Of a stretch of DNA of 64,000 nucleotides, positions 48,032 to 60,299 are shown one piece after another. Below the pieces are notes generated by a model. That model was given only the letters and a program-made list of their open reading frames with translations. It was not told the DNA's origin and ran no database searches. Position 1 is the stretch's first letter. Each line of letters starts with the position of its first letter. Made by a program: the position numbers and the translations under genes. The stretch is from an uncultured delta proteobacterium (GTDB lineage Bacteria; Myxococcota_A; Polyangia; Polyangiales; Polyangiaceae): NCBI GenBank assembly GCA_963716725.1, contig CAVQUB010000009.1, positions 224,001 to 288,000 on the forward strand, in the 5' to 3' direction.

Positions 48032-49951
48032 TCAAGACCTGCCCAGCACGCTTTCGATGGTCTCGATCAGCCGGTGCGCGGGCACGGGTTTTTCGAGCAC
48101 CGCGTCGGCACCCTCCATGGCCGAGGGGAAGCCGCTGAAACAGATGATCTTCAGCCGAGGCTCGAGCCCCCGGATGGCGCGCAAGGCCGCGCGCCCCGCC
48201 AGCCGGGGCATGGACTGATCGAGCAGCACCACGCTGTAGCGACCGGCGGCAGCGCGGACCCGCTCGATGGCGTCGATGCCATCCACCGCGGTGTCTACGG
48301 CATAGCCCGCGCTCGCCAGCATCTCGGTCATGAGATCGCGGATCATCGGCTCGTCGTCGACGACCAGCACTCGCTCGCCCCGACCGCTGACCGGCAGAGC
48401 CGCTCGCTCGCTGTCCGCCGCTGTCATTGGCGCGGGCTCCGCGGGCAGCAAGAGGTGAACCCGCGTGCCCAGACCCAGGGTGGACCGACACTCTGCGCGC
48501 CCGCCGTGCTCACGCACGATGGCGTAGGTCGTCGCGAGCCCGAGGCCCGTGCCGCGACCCGGCTCTTTGGTGGTGAAGAAGGGCTCGAATGCGCGCTGTC
48601 GCACCTCCTCGCTCATGCCCTGGCCGTTGTCCGAAACGGAGATGCGGATCTCGTCGCCGCGCGTCTCGTCGCCGCGCAAGCGTTCGACGCTGATCTGGAT
48701 CTCGGGGGCCGATCCGTCGCGTTCGTCGAGCGCGTCCCGCGCATTGATCAGGACGTTGAGCAACGCTTGCTCGATCTGACCGGCGTCGCAGCGCACGGCA
48801 GGCAGATCCGGCGCCAAGCTAAGCCCAAGCGCGAGCTCGTTGCCGAAAGTCCTGCGGCTCATGTCGACGGTGCGCCGCACCAGGGCCCCAATGTCCTCGG
48901 CCTTGTGGCCCGCGTTCTTGCTCTTGCCCGAGAACACCAGCAGCTGTCGCACCATCTGCGCCGCCTTCAGCGCGGCTTCTTGCCCGCCTCGGAGCAGATC
49001 GGCGAGATCGCCTTCGCTGCGGCGCCCCGCCAGCTCCATGCTGGACAGCATGACCGTCAGCATGTTGTTGAAATTGTGGGCTATGCCCGCCGCCAGCTGG
49101 CCCACCGCATCCATCTTCTGGGCCTGCAGCAGCTGCTCTTGGAGCTGATGCCGATCGGTGACGTCGAGCACGCCGCCGAGCAAGCGCTGCGCCTGTCCGT
49201 CGAGATCGAGCTCGACGCGTCCTTTGCAGATGACCCACCGCAGCTCGCCGCTGGGTCGAACGATCCGGTGCTCGATGCCGTCGAAGTGGCCCGTGCGGAG
49301 CGCCGCGCCGACGTTGTCCCCGACGCGTTCGCGATCGAGGGGAGATACGAGCCCGAGGTAGGCGTCGATGGAGTCCGGCGTGCTGGGCACGCCGAAAATC
49401 TCACAGGTCGCCGCGTCCCAGGTCAGCGCGTCGCTCTCGCGCTGCCAGCTCCAGAGCCCGACGCCCGACGCGGACAAGGCCACGTCGAGCTTCTCGGCGC
49501 TCTCGAACATGGTGGTGACGTCCGTCGCGATCATCACCAGCGACTCGATCTCGTCGCCACGCTTGAGCGGTGAGATACGCGTCAGGTATCGGGCGAGCTT
49601 TCCATAGGCACCGAGCCCGACCGACGCGTAGGAGTCGGGCTGCCCTGTCTGCATCACGCGCTCGATGCTCCGGCGCGAGATCTCCTCGGATTCCGCTGGG
49701 ACGAAGCTGTAGATGCTCGCACCGACCACCTCGGACATCGTCAGGCCCGGCGCGACGCGGTTGACGAAATGGATGATCCCGTCCGGGCTCAGCTTGATCA
49801 CGAAGTCGGGGACGGTGTCCAAGATCGAGCGCAACAAGACCTCGGCAAAGCGCGAATCCGAGACTCGCGTCTCGGCCTGCGCCAGCTGCGCCTGCAGGCG
49901 TCGAACCTGCTCCTCCAGCTCGACCACGCGCGTGTCTTCGGAGAGCCCCAC
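48032..49951 (-). CDS. hybrid sensor histidine kinase (PAS-PAS, HisKA, HATPase, REC)
   Basis: [36 protein letters not shown]...LDQSMP. Start uncertain. Confidence 0.92.
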   Translation of the reverse strand: MGLSEDTRVVELEEQVRRLQAQLAQAETRVSDSRFAEVLLRSILDTVPDFVIKLSPDGIIHFVNRVAPGLTMSEVVGASIYSFVPAESEEISRRSIERVMQTGQPDSYASVGLGAYGKLARYLTRISPLKRGDEIESLVMIATDVTTMFESAEKLDVALSASGVGLWSWQRESDALTWDAATCEIFGVPSTPDSIDAYLGLVSPLDRERVGDNVGAALRTGHFDGIEHRIVRPSGELRWVICKGRVELDLDGQAQRLLGGVLDVTDRHQLQEQLLQAQKMDAVGQLAAGIAHNFNNMLTVMLSSMELAGRRSEGDLADLLRGGQEAALKAAQMVRQLLVFSGKSKNAGHKAEDIGALVRRTVDMSRRTFGNELALGLSLAPDLPAVRCDAGQIEQALLNVLINARDALDERDGSAPEIQISVERLRGDETRGDEIRISVSDNGQGMSEEVRQRAFEPFFTTKEPGRGTGLGLATTYAIVREHGGRAECRSTLGLGTRVHLLLPAEPAPMTAADSERAALPVSGRGERVLVVDDEPMIRDLMTEMLASAGYAVDTAVDGIDAIERVRAAAGRYSVVLLDQSMPRLAGRAALRAIRGLEPRLKIICFSGFPSAMEGADAVLEKPVPAHRLIETIESVLGRS

Positions 49952-50028
49952 CGAGGCAGAGTACCCAATTATTCGCGCCATTGGCAGGGCTCGCGGCAAG
50001 CCCGGTCGGGTGCTACGGATCTCTGCCC

Positions 50029-50736
50029 ATGATCGACCCCCCAGCGCTGCCGATGGACCTCGTCGGCGCCAGCCCGGGCGCCATCGTCAAGCGGGCATTG
50101 GCGGAGCACGGCTCTGACGTCGCCATCAGCTTCAGCGGCGCCGAAGACGTGCTCTTGATCGAGCTCGCCCAGCAGTCGGGGCTCCCGTATCGGGTGTTCA
50201 GCCTCGACACCGGGCGCCTGCATCCGGAGACCCACCGCTTCTTCGACGCGGTGGAGAAACACTACGGAATCCGCATCGAATATTGCCTGCCGGACGGAGC
50301 GCTCGTTCAGGACTTGGTGCGCAAGAAGGGCTTGTTCTCGTTCTTCCGAGACGGCCACGCCGAGTGCTGCGATCTGCGAAAGGTCGGGCCGCTGAGGCGC
50401 CAGCTCGCCACGCTGAGTGCGTGGATTACCGGACAGCGCCGCGACCAGAGCCCGACCCGCTCGCACCTGCCGATTGTGCAGCACGACCCAGCCTTCTTGG
50501 GCAAGGGAGGGACCCCGCTCGTCAAATACAACCCCCTGGCCGAGGTCGGCCGCGACGAGGTATGGGCCAGCCTCGAGGGCTTTGGCGTTCCGCACAACGA
50601 GCTGCACGAACGCGGCATGATCAGCATTGGCTGCGAGCCCTGCACGCGGGCTGTCTTGCCGGGACAACACGAACGAGACGGTCGTTGGTGGTGGGAGCGG
50701 GGCAGCGACAAAGAGTGCGGGCTGCACAAGCGCTAG
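50029..50736 (+). CDS. cysH: APS/PAPS reductase (Fe-S APS-reductase type)
   Basis: [39 protein letters not shown]. Confidence 0.93.
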   Translation: MIDPPALPMDLVGASPGAIVKRALAEHGSDVAISFSGAEDVLLIELAQQSGLPYRVFSLDTGRLHPETHRFFDAVEKHYGIRIEYCLPDGALVQDLVRKKGLFSFFRDGHAECCDLRKVGPLRRQLATLSAWITGQRRDQSPTRSHLPIVQHDPAFLGKGGTPLVKYNPLAEVGRDEVWASLEGFGVPHNELHERGMISIGCEPCTRAVLPGQHERDGRWWWERGSDKECGLHKR

Positions 50737-50742
50737 TCGCCA

Positions 50743-53625
<2,883 letters not shown>

Positions 53626-53645
53626 CCGTCCTGGTCTTCCCCGCG

Positions 53646-53813
53646 CTAGTGCGCGTCGCCGTAGGCGACGAAGATCGCGACGCAGAACAGCACCAGCGCG
53701 ATCACCATCCCGCCGAGCACGAGCCATTTCTTGGTCCGGCGCTCGTGGTTCATCACTCGGATCGATTCGCGCACCTCACGGTCAACCTCTTCGGACGCGT
53801 TGGAATCTTCCAT
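53646..53813 (-). CDS. small single-pass membrane protein
   Basis: GGGAGG RBS before ATG; MEDSNA...KKWLVLGGMVIALVLFCVAIFVAYGDAH. Confidence 0.65.
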   Translation of the reverse strand: MEDSNASEEVDREVRESIRVMNHERRTKKWLVLGGMVIALVLFCVAIFVAYGDAH

Positions 53814-54153
53814 TGTCCCTCCCTGCGCACACCCCAGCACGGTCGGGTCCGGGTGGATAGCCACGCTGCGGCCAAGGCCGGAGCGGCCCTTCGCAGCTGG
53901 GATCGACCGCTTCAGCGGCCCATCGGCGGCGCAGTGACGCCGCGGGCGCGCAGCAGGTGCCGGTGAACACCGCGGGAGAGGCCAACGCGTGCAACCAGGC
54001 CGCGCAAGCTCAGTGCGACGCAAACATGCAGGTGGCCGCCGTGGCGGGCGGAGCTCTCTGCGCACCCAGGTGCCGCTGCTGTTCGGGCTGCGCTCCGGCG
54101 GCGGCGCCGACGACGTCGTCGTCTGCCTGGTGCCGCTCATGGGGATCGATGCC

Positions 54154-54939
54154 TCAGTCCATGGCCAACCGGATGCCGAATGCGCCACCCTCATCTCCAG
54201 GACCGGCCAGACGCCCGTGTGCGTCACGGAGCCCGGCGAAGAGCGCAGCGAGCCGCTGGTACGACAGCGAATTTTCCGTGTGCACAATCACGCCGATCGT
54301 CGGATCGGCGCGCAGGTCACGCCGCAGAAACCGACTCACGATCGCGCGGTGAACCGCGGTGCGAAGCCCCGCCGCGTCGCCAGCCTCGAGACGATCCTCG
54401 GTGAACACGACTCCGCCGCGCTCTTCGACCACCTGGAGCGCGTCGTCTTGCAAGCGCAAATGCAAAGCGACCCGAGGTGTACCTGACGTCTCGTGCGGCA
54501 GGCCGGGAACGATAGCGCCGACGGGCAGGAGATTCGAACCGCCGCCGACTCCGCCCCCGATCTCGACCAAGGCGGGGTATCCCGCGAACGCCACGGTCTG
54601 AAACACCGACTTGAAGGCCACCGCCGGCGTCGCCGAGTCGACGACGATGGTCGCCCGACCCGAGAATGGCTTCGCCGGGTTTGCCACTTTGAACAGCTCG
54701 CGCGCCATCTTCAGTTCATCGAACAGCTCGTTGATCTTTTGTACGCGACCGATCTCTTCGCTCGTGCGAGTCGACCCCGCGGCTTTGCCGTCGACCAACA
54801 CTTGCGATCCTTGCAGGCGCACGACCGGGCCGTTCGCCGATCGCTCCGATGGGTCCGCGCTGCCGCCACTCCTGGACTTCGAGCAGGCCGGAGCAGCAAG
54901 AAAGACACCTAACAACAGGACGTGGAGGATGCGCTTCAC
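54154..54939 (-). CDS. lipoprotein with ExbD/TolR-like periplasmic domains
   Basis: APAC lipobox; ATIVVDSATPAVAFKSVFQTVAFAGY and VIVHTENSLSYQRLAALF motifs. Confidence 0.6.
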   Translation of the reverse strand: MKRILHVLLLGVFLAAPACSKSRSGGSADPSERSANGPVVRLQGSQVLVDGKAAGSTRTSEEIGRVQKINELFDELKMARELFKVANPAKPFSGRATIVVDSATPAVAFKSVFQTVAFAGYPALVEIGGGVGGGSNLLPVGAIVPGLPHETSGTPRVALHLRLQDDALQVVEERGGVVFTEDRLEAGDAAGLRTAVHRAIVSRFLRRDLRADPTIGVIVHTENSLSYQRLAALFAGLRDAHGRLAGPGDEGGAFGIRLAMD

Positions 54940-54949
54940 GGGTTCTTCC

Positions 54950-56527
54950 TCAGCCTGCGCCACACAGCGCGATGCACGTGCCATCCGACCCACACGCTCC
55001 CCGGCACTCGCCCGAGTCGGCGCAGGGCGCTCCGGTGGCCTTGAGCGCTTTGCACAGGCCGCGCGCCCCGGACACGTCGGCGGACGCGCCGCAGTAGAGA
55101 TCCGCGGCGCATTCGAGATCCGAAGCGCACACCTGCCCTGGATTTCCCGGGGCTTCGCAGGTCCCCGCGCGGCAGACCGAGCCGGCTGCGCACTGATGCG
55201 AAGCGGCGCACGCTTTGCCGCGCGTCAGGAGAGCGAGGCACACCAGCGGAGAGTCCGCGTCTTTTTGCACGACCTCCCGCGCTGGCGCGGAAGCCGACGG
55301 CACCGCGGGCTCGCTCGGATCGGAGTCGGCGCCCGCGTCTGCCGTCGTCGCGGCGGGCACGGCTCCCGCCAGGAAGACGAGCGGGTAGACGACCGTCACG
55401 ATGCCAGCTTCTGGCGCTGGAAATGACAAGCCGGCGAACGCTTGTATGAGGCAGGCCACGACGCTCTTGTCTTCGAGGTCACCGCTGCCCCTTGGGTTCG
55501 AGACCGAGCCGTCGCGTCCGATCACGAAGCGAACGGAGACCTGGCCCTCGAGCTTCGGCTCCTTGCGCAGCCCGTCTTCATAGCAGAGACGGAAGCGAGC
55601 GAATCTTCGGCGCACGACGCGATGGATGACCTCTGGCGGCAACCGACCGTTGACCGTCGCAGCGCCAGCTCTCACTCGCGGCGCGGCAGACGATTGCGCG
55701 CGGCCGAGCCGACCTTGACCCGAGGAGGCAAAGCCGCCAATCGAGCCGAGACCGCCGCCTTCGCCGCGACCGCCTCCGGCGTCGGGGCCCGAGCCCTTCA
55801 CCCCTAGGGTGCCGAACCCCAGCGGGTCCGGTCCGCCGCGAGGCCCGGTCTTTTCGGCGCTCGAGCGTCGCTTGGCGAGCTCGTGCTCGAGCTCCAGGGA
55901 CAAGACGGGCGGATAGCCGAGCGCGTACGCGGGTCGAAATGGACCGAAGTCACAAGCGTACCCACTCGAGCACGACGCGCGCATCTCGTCGAAGAGAAAC
56001 AACAGCGGCGCGTCGCACGACTCGGCGGCAGAGCCTTGCCGACGACACGCGCCATCGCTCTCGAACTTGGCGTCAGCGCACCACAGGCCCGCCCGGCAAT
56101 CGAGGCTGGTGCGGCACGCCCCGCCCTCGGCCTGCACGCCGGTCGAGAGCCCTTCGCACTCGGGATACGCGCCGAGATCTCGTGTGCGCAGCGTCGACTT
56201 CCACGTAGCGCTCTCGATGGCACGCGCACATGCCTCTGCCGCAGGCTTGTGGAGTTTCACTCGGCCCGCGCGAACGCTGGGCTCGAGCGCGGCGACGCAT
56301 GCTTCCACCGGGCGAGAAGCCAGCGCGACCAAGCGATCGTACTGCGGACGCCCCTTGTCTTCGGGAGTGCAGCGCGCCTCGAGCTGCCGCTTCGGTGCTT
56401 CGAACAGCAAGCGGCAGAACGTGTCGGCCTTGTCGACGAGGTTGGGATCCGCGGGCGTGGGAGAAGTCTTGAACCAGCTGCAGGCCGCGACGAGACCAAG
56501 GAGCGCCGCGCTCGTGTGGAGCCGCAT
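54950..56527 (-). CDS. Cys-rich lipoprotein with AgmX/PglI (TonB-C-like) domain
   Basis: VAAC lipobox; GRLPPEVIHRVVRRRFARFRLCYEDGL..P.LEGQVSVRFVIGRDG...V..C......FP.P. Confidence 0.82.
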   Translation of the reverse strand: MRLHTSAALLGLVAACSWFKTSPTPADPNLVDKADTFCRLLFEAPKRQLEARCTPEDKGRPQYDRLVALASRPVEACVAALEPSVRAGRVKLHKPAAEACARAIESATWKSTLRTRDLGAYPECEGLSTGVQAEGGACRTSLDCRAGLWCADAKFESDGACRRQGSAAESCDAPLLFLFDEMRASCSSGYACDFGPFRPAYALGYPPVLSLELEHELAKRRSSAEKTGPRGGPDPLGFGTLGVKGSGPDAGGGRGEGGGLGSIGGFASSGQGRLGRAQSSAAPRVRAGAATVNGRLPPEVIHRVVRRRFARFRLCYEDGLRKEPKLEGQVSVRFVIGRDGSVSNPRGSGDLEDKSVVACLIQAFAGLSFPAPEAGIVTVVYPLVFLAGAVPAATTADAGADSDPSEPAVPSASAPAREVVQKDADSPLVCLALLTRGKACAASHQCAAGSVCRAGTCEAPGNPGQVCASDLECAADLYCGASADVSGARGLCKALKATGAPCADSGECRGACGSDGTCIALCGAG

Positions 56528-56580
56528 CTGCAGCACGCTACCACGCGCGAGCGCGCGGCCCGCACGGCGGCTGAACGAAC

Positions 56581-57033
56581 TCACTGGGCGCGTTGCAGGC
56601 GGAGCTTCAAGCTCGCCTTGTCGCTCGCGCTCCACGCGCTCGTGCCGGCTCCTGCGAGGGCGGCGCCCTCACACGCAACCGTGCCGCTCAGTTCGTATTT
56701 TGCTTCGTGGCCGCTGCGCAAGACCACGCTCTTGGCGCTGAACTCGCCCGTGGGCTTCACGGTGCCCGACAGCGTCCCGAGATCGGGGTTGTCGGACTCG
56801 GCAGTGCTGCCCGTCATCCGGCCGCTGGCCGCGATCACCAGGTCGATGGTGCCGGAACGAACCAAATCGGGCTGGGAAAGCGCGAAGGTCTGCCACTCGC
56901 CGATCCAATGCCCGACCGGGAGCGTGCCGGACTGGCAACCGCCGACGGGTGACTCGCCCGGCGTCGCGGCGCCGCCCGCGCAACCGCTGAGCACCAGGAG
57001 CGACGGGACCAACATCCGAGTCAGGACAGTCAC
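56581..57033 (-). CDS. small hypothetical lipoprotein
   Basis: LSGC lipobox; beta-rich body. Confidence 0.68.
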   Translation of the reverse strand: MTVLTRMLVPSLLVLSGCAGGAATPGESPVGGCQSGTLPVGHWIGEWQTFALSQPDLVRSGTIDLVIAASGRMTGSTAESDNPDLGTLSGTVKPTGEFSAKSVVLRSGHEAKYELSGTVACEGAALAGAGTSAWSASDKASLKLRLQRAQ

Positions 57034-57105
57034 GCGCGACTCTTAGCAGAACCGGCCGGCGCCCGATAGCGCGGCCCGCGGAGCCCTGAGGTACAGTCGC
57101 CGGCG

Positions 57106-58482
57106 ATGGGCGAACTTCCGGTCTTCGGCGAATGCCAGGTGATCGAGAAGCTGCGTTCGGAGCCGGTCGCGGATTTATTTCACGCCGTGCAGCAGCCGCT
57201 GGGCCGCCCTGTCCTGCTCAAGGCGTTGTCCTCGAGCATCTTGCCCTCTTCGCCCTTCGCCGCGTCCCTGGAACGCGAGGCGCGCGTGCTCGCTGAGCTT
57301 CACCACCCGAACATCCTGCACGTCCTCGACTTCGTCCGACGAGAAGACCGCATGTGGCTCGTCCTCGAGTACGTCGACGGCTGGCCGCTAGAAGAGCTGG
57401 CGAAGATCGTGAAGAAGCTGCCACCGCTGACGGCGGCCGCCATCGCCCTCGAGGTGGCGCGCGCGCTCGAACACGCCCACCGTCACGGGGTCGTGCACCG
57501 AGACGTACAGCCGAAGAACATCATGATCTCACGCCGCGGCCACGTGAAGCTCATGAACTTCTCGGTGGCTGTCGACGGGCGCTTGCCCACGGCGCCCGAG
57601 TTGCTCGACGGCGCGAGCAGCTTCGGCGGCCCCCTCTACCTTTCGCCCGAGCAAATCTTGGGTGAGGCAGCGGACCCGCGCAGCGACATGTTCTCGCTGG
57701 GCGTGGTGCTCTACGAGCTCTTGGCAGGAGTTCGCCCCTTCGACGCTCCCGACGAGCGCACTGCCGCGCAGCGCATCCGACACGACGCCGCTCCGCCCCT
57801 GGCGCGGGCGGTATCGGGAGTGCCGCCTTCGCTCGAGAGGCTCGTCCAGCGCTGCCTCGAGAAGATGCCCAGCGATCGCTTCGCGAGCACCGAAGACGTC
57901 GTGTTGGCCCTCGAGCGGTTCTCGAACGAGAGCGGCGTCACCTCGTCGCATCGCCAGATCTTGCGCACGCTCGTCCAGTCGGGTCTCACCGAGGACGCTC
58001 CCCGGTCCATCGTCGATACCTCGAGGGTGCGGGCCGAGCCCGCGGAAGCTCCGGCGGTGAGCTGGGCGGTCCTTGGCTTCGTCGCTTGCCTCGGCTTGGT
58101 GGTGGTAGTCGGCGCTGCGATCCACTGGGTAGCCTCCCGAGAAGAGGGGGCCGCGCCGGGGCGTCGGGGTCCCACCGAGCTCGCGCTGGTGCCCAAGCGC
58201 CCCGCGTATCTGCGCGTCGTCGCCGATCCGTGGGCTCACGTCGTGGTCGACGGGCAGCGGGTCGACACCACGCCTTTCGCGCGGGCGATTCCCCTGACGG
58301 CGGGCACCCACTACGTCCGGCTCGAGCACCCCAACGCGGCTACCGAGCGTCGCACGCTCACGCTGGCTGCGGGCGAGACCGTGGTGCTCGACGTCAAGAT
58401 GCGGGTCGAGGGTCGAGCGGCAGTCGACGCTGGCGATCCACTTTTGCCACCGGCCAGCGACGCGGGCCAAGAGACGCCCTGA
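57106..58482 (+). CDS. Ser/Thr protein kinase-like (probable pseudokinase) with TM and PEGA-like domain
   Basis: LHHPNI, HRDVQPKN, YLSPEQ, SDMFSLG; Gly-loop absent and DFG replaced by NFS; PWAHVVVDG...TP. Confidence 0.88.
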   Translation: MGELPVFGECQVIEKLRSEPVADLFHAVQQPLGRPVLLKALSSSILPSSPFAASLEREARVLAELHHPNILHVLDFVRREDRMWLVLEYVDGWPLEELAKIVKKLPPLTAAAIALEVARALEHAHRHGVVHRDVQPKNIMISRRGHVKLMNFSVAVDGRLPTAPELLDGASSFGGPLYLSPEQILGEAADPRSDMFSLGVVLYELLAGVRPFDAPDERTAAQRIRHDAAPPLARAVSGVPPSLERLVQRCLEKMPSDRFASTEDVVLALERFSNESGVTSSHRQILRTLVQSGLTEDAPRSIVDTSRVRAEPAEAPAVSWAVLGFVACLGLVVVVGAAIHWVASREEGAAPGRRGPTELALVPKRPAYLRVVADPWAHVVVDGQRVDTTPFARAIPLTAGTHYVRLEHPNAATERRTLTLAAGETVVLDVKMRVEGRAAVDAGDPLLPPASDAGQETP

Positions 58483-58483
58483 G

Positions 58484-59230
58484 TCAGCCTCGGGAGTTCT
58501 TCCACTTCGAGCGCTCTTCTTCGAAGATGCGCGAGAGGCGCCGCTGCTCCTGGACAAACGCCGCGTAGGTCCTGGGCACGCGGGGATCGGCAGTGAAGAT
58601 GCTCAGGATTCGCACCGCGGCTTCGGCGTCATCGCTCGCTCGATGCGCTTGGTTGATCTCCACGCCCAATCGAGCCGCAACCTCGCCGAGAGACTTGCCC
58701 TTCTCGAACTTCTGCAGCTCGCGGGCCCAGGTCAGAGGATCGATCCAGTCCACGCCACGCCGACACGCGGGGGATTTCTTGTCCGAGATGCCCGCTCGCT
58801 CGAGCTCGGCGAAGAGAAACGCGCGGTCGAACTCGGCGTTGTAGGCCACGGGCACTGCCCCTTCGAGCGCAGCGACCACCTCGGCCGCGATCTCGGCGAA
58901 CCTGGGCTTGTCGCCCACGTCGTCGTCACTGATGCCGTGAACGTCGAAGGCCTCTTTGGGGATCGGTATGCCCGGGTTCACCAGCCAGCGCTTGCGCGAA
59001 GTCACTACGCCGCCCCGGAAGTGCACGCAGGCGATCTCGACGATGCGATCGACGGCCGCATCCCTCCCGGTCGTCTCGGTGTCGACGGCGACCAGGGGTA
59101 GGTCGGATAGCTCGCGCTCGGCGCCGAACTCCTCGGCAACGCCGACGGCGACCGCGCGCAGCAGGTGTGCGATGCCCGGGTAGTGACGCCCAGTCGGGAA
59201 GCAGCCGCCCCCGTCGGCGCCGCCCCTCAT
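58484..59230 (-). CDS. DEDDh 3'-5' exonuclease (DnaQ-like)
   Basis: VDTETTG, VHGI, AYNAEFD, AHRASDDA. Confidence 0.92.
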   Translation of the reverse strand: MRGGADGGGCFPTGRHYPGIAHLLRAVAVGVAEEFGAERELSDLPLVAVDTETTGRDAAVDRIVEIACVHFRGGVVTSRKRWLVNPGIPIPKEAFDVHGISDDDVGDKPRFAEIAAEVVAALEGAVPVAYNAEFDRAFLFAELERAGISDKKSPACRRGVDWIDPLTWARELQKFEKGKSLGEVAARLGVEINQAHRASDDAEAAVRILSIFTADPRVPRTYAAFVQEQRRLSRIFEEERSKWKNSRG

Positions 59231-60213
59231 TTTCCGGGCGCCCTGCCGCTCGCTGCGGGCGCGGCCGATCCGGAAGGGGCCGCCGAGGTCGGCGCTGCCG
59301 GCTCGGGCTTCTTGCCCGGAGTGAGCTCCAGCTCCAGCGCTATCCAGTCGGCAAAGTCCTCGGAGAAATCGAAATAGTCGAGGTCGTAGTGGCGACCGTT
59401 GATGAAGATCAGCGGCGTGGACGCGAGGTCGAGCGCATCGCCGTGCTTTCGATCTCGCGCCACCTCGTCCGCGATGACTTCACTGGTGAGATCCTCGTCG
59501 AACTTTTTCATGTCGAGGCCGAGCCCCTTGGCCAGCTTCTCGAGGGCGAGGTCGTCTGGCGGGGTCGGCTGCATCTCGAACAACTTGCCGTGCATCTCCC
59601 AGAACTTTCCCTGGCGCCCCGCGGCCAACGCCGCGCGCGCTGCCTTCTCCGCGTGCTTGTGGATGCTGAGGGGATAGTTCTTGAAGACGAGCCGGACCTG
59701 CGACGGGTACTTGGCGAGCAGCTTCTCGAGAACGGGCTGCGCCTTGCCACACCCCGGACACTCGAAGTCGGCAAACTCGACGATGGTGACCACCGCGTCG
59801 TCGGGCCCCTTGGACGGAGAGCCCGCGAAGGGCACCGGCTTGACTTGATCGGGCGCGAAGCGCTTCTTGAAGGCGGCGTCGAGCTGCGCGCGCGTCTTGC
59901 CCTTGCGCACGTGCTTGGCCAGGAGCTTCGCCGCTGGCTCGCACGCCGCGCAGGCGCGCTTTTCTTTCACGCACTGCGCGAGGCTCACGGCCTGGTCGGG
60001 GCAGGGAGCGAGTAACTCCGTCACGGCGCCTGACCAGTCGTGCTTCTCGCGAGAGGTCAACTGGGAGGTGTCCACGCCCGGAAGCTCGACGATCGTGCCG
60101 GAATCGTTGCCCGCCGGCCCCTTGCCGCCCTCACCCGGAGAGCGGCACGTGCTCAGCTTGAAATGAAGCAGCGAGAACGCGAGTACGGCTCCCACCAAGC
60201 GCAGGCTCAGCAT
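59227..60213 (-). CDS. DsbA/Thioredoxin_4 family protein
   Basis: VEFADFECPGC, NYPL..H, STPLIFINGR (cis-Pro loop). Confidence 0.9.
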   Translation of the reverse strand: MLSLRLVGAVLAFSLLHFKLSTCRSPGEGGKGPAGNDSGTIVELPGVDTSQLTSREKHDWSGAVTELLAPCPDQAVSLAQCVKEKRACAACEPAAKLLAKHVRKGKTRAQLDAAFKKRFAPDQVKPVPFAGSPSKGPDDAVVTIVEFADFECPGCGKAQPVLEKLLAKYPSQVRLVFKNYPLSIHKHAEKAARAALAAGRQGKFWEMHGKLFEMQPTPPDDLALEKLAKGLGLDMKKFDEDLTSEVIADEVARDRKHGDALDLASTPLIFINGRHYDLDYFDFSEDFADWIALELELTPGKKPEPAAPTSAAPSGSAAPAASGRAPGK

Positions 60214-60299
60214 GGCGGTGGCTATATCATCGGTCGCCGGCTGGCTCTAGGTCGCTCAGGAAGACGCCGCCCGGGCCCCAATTGAGGTAGATCCCGGGA

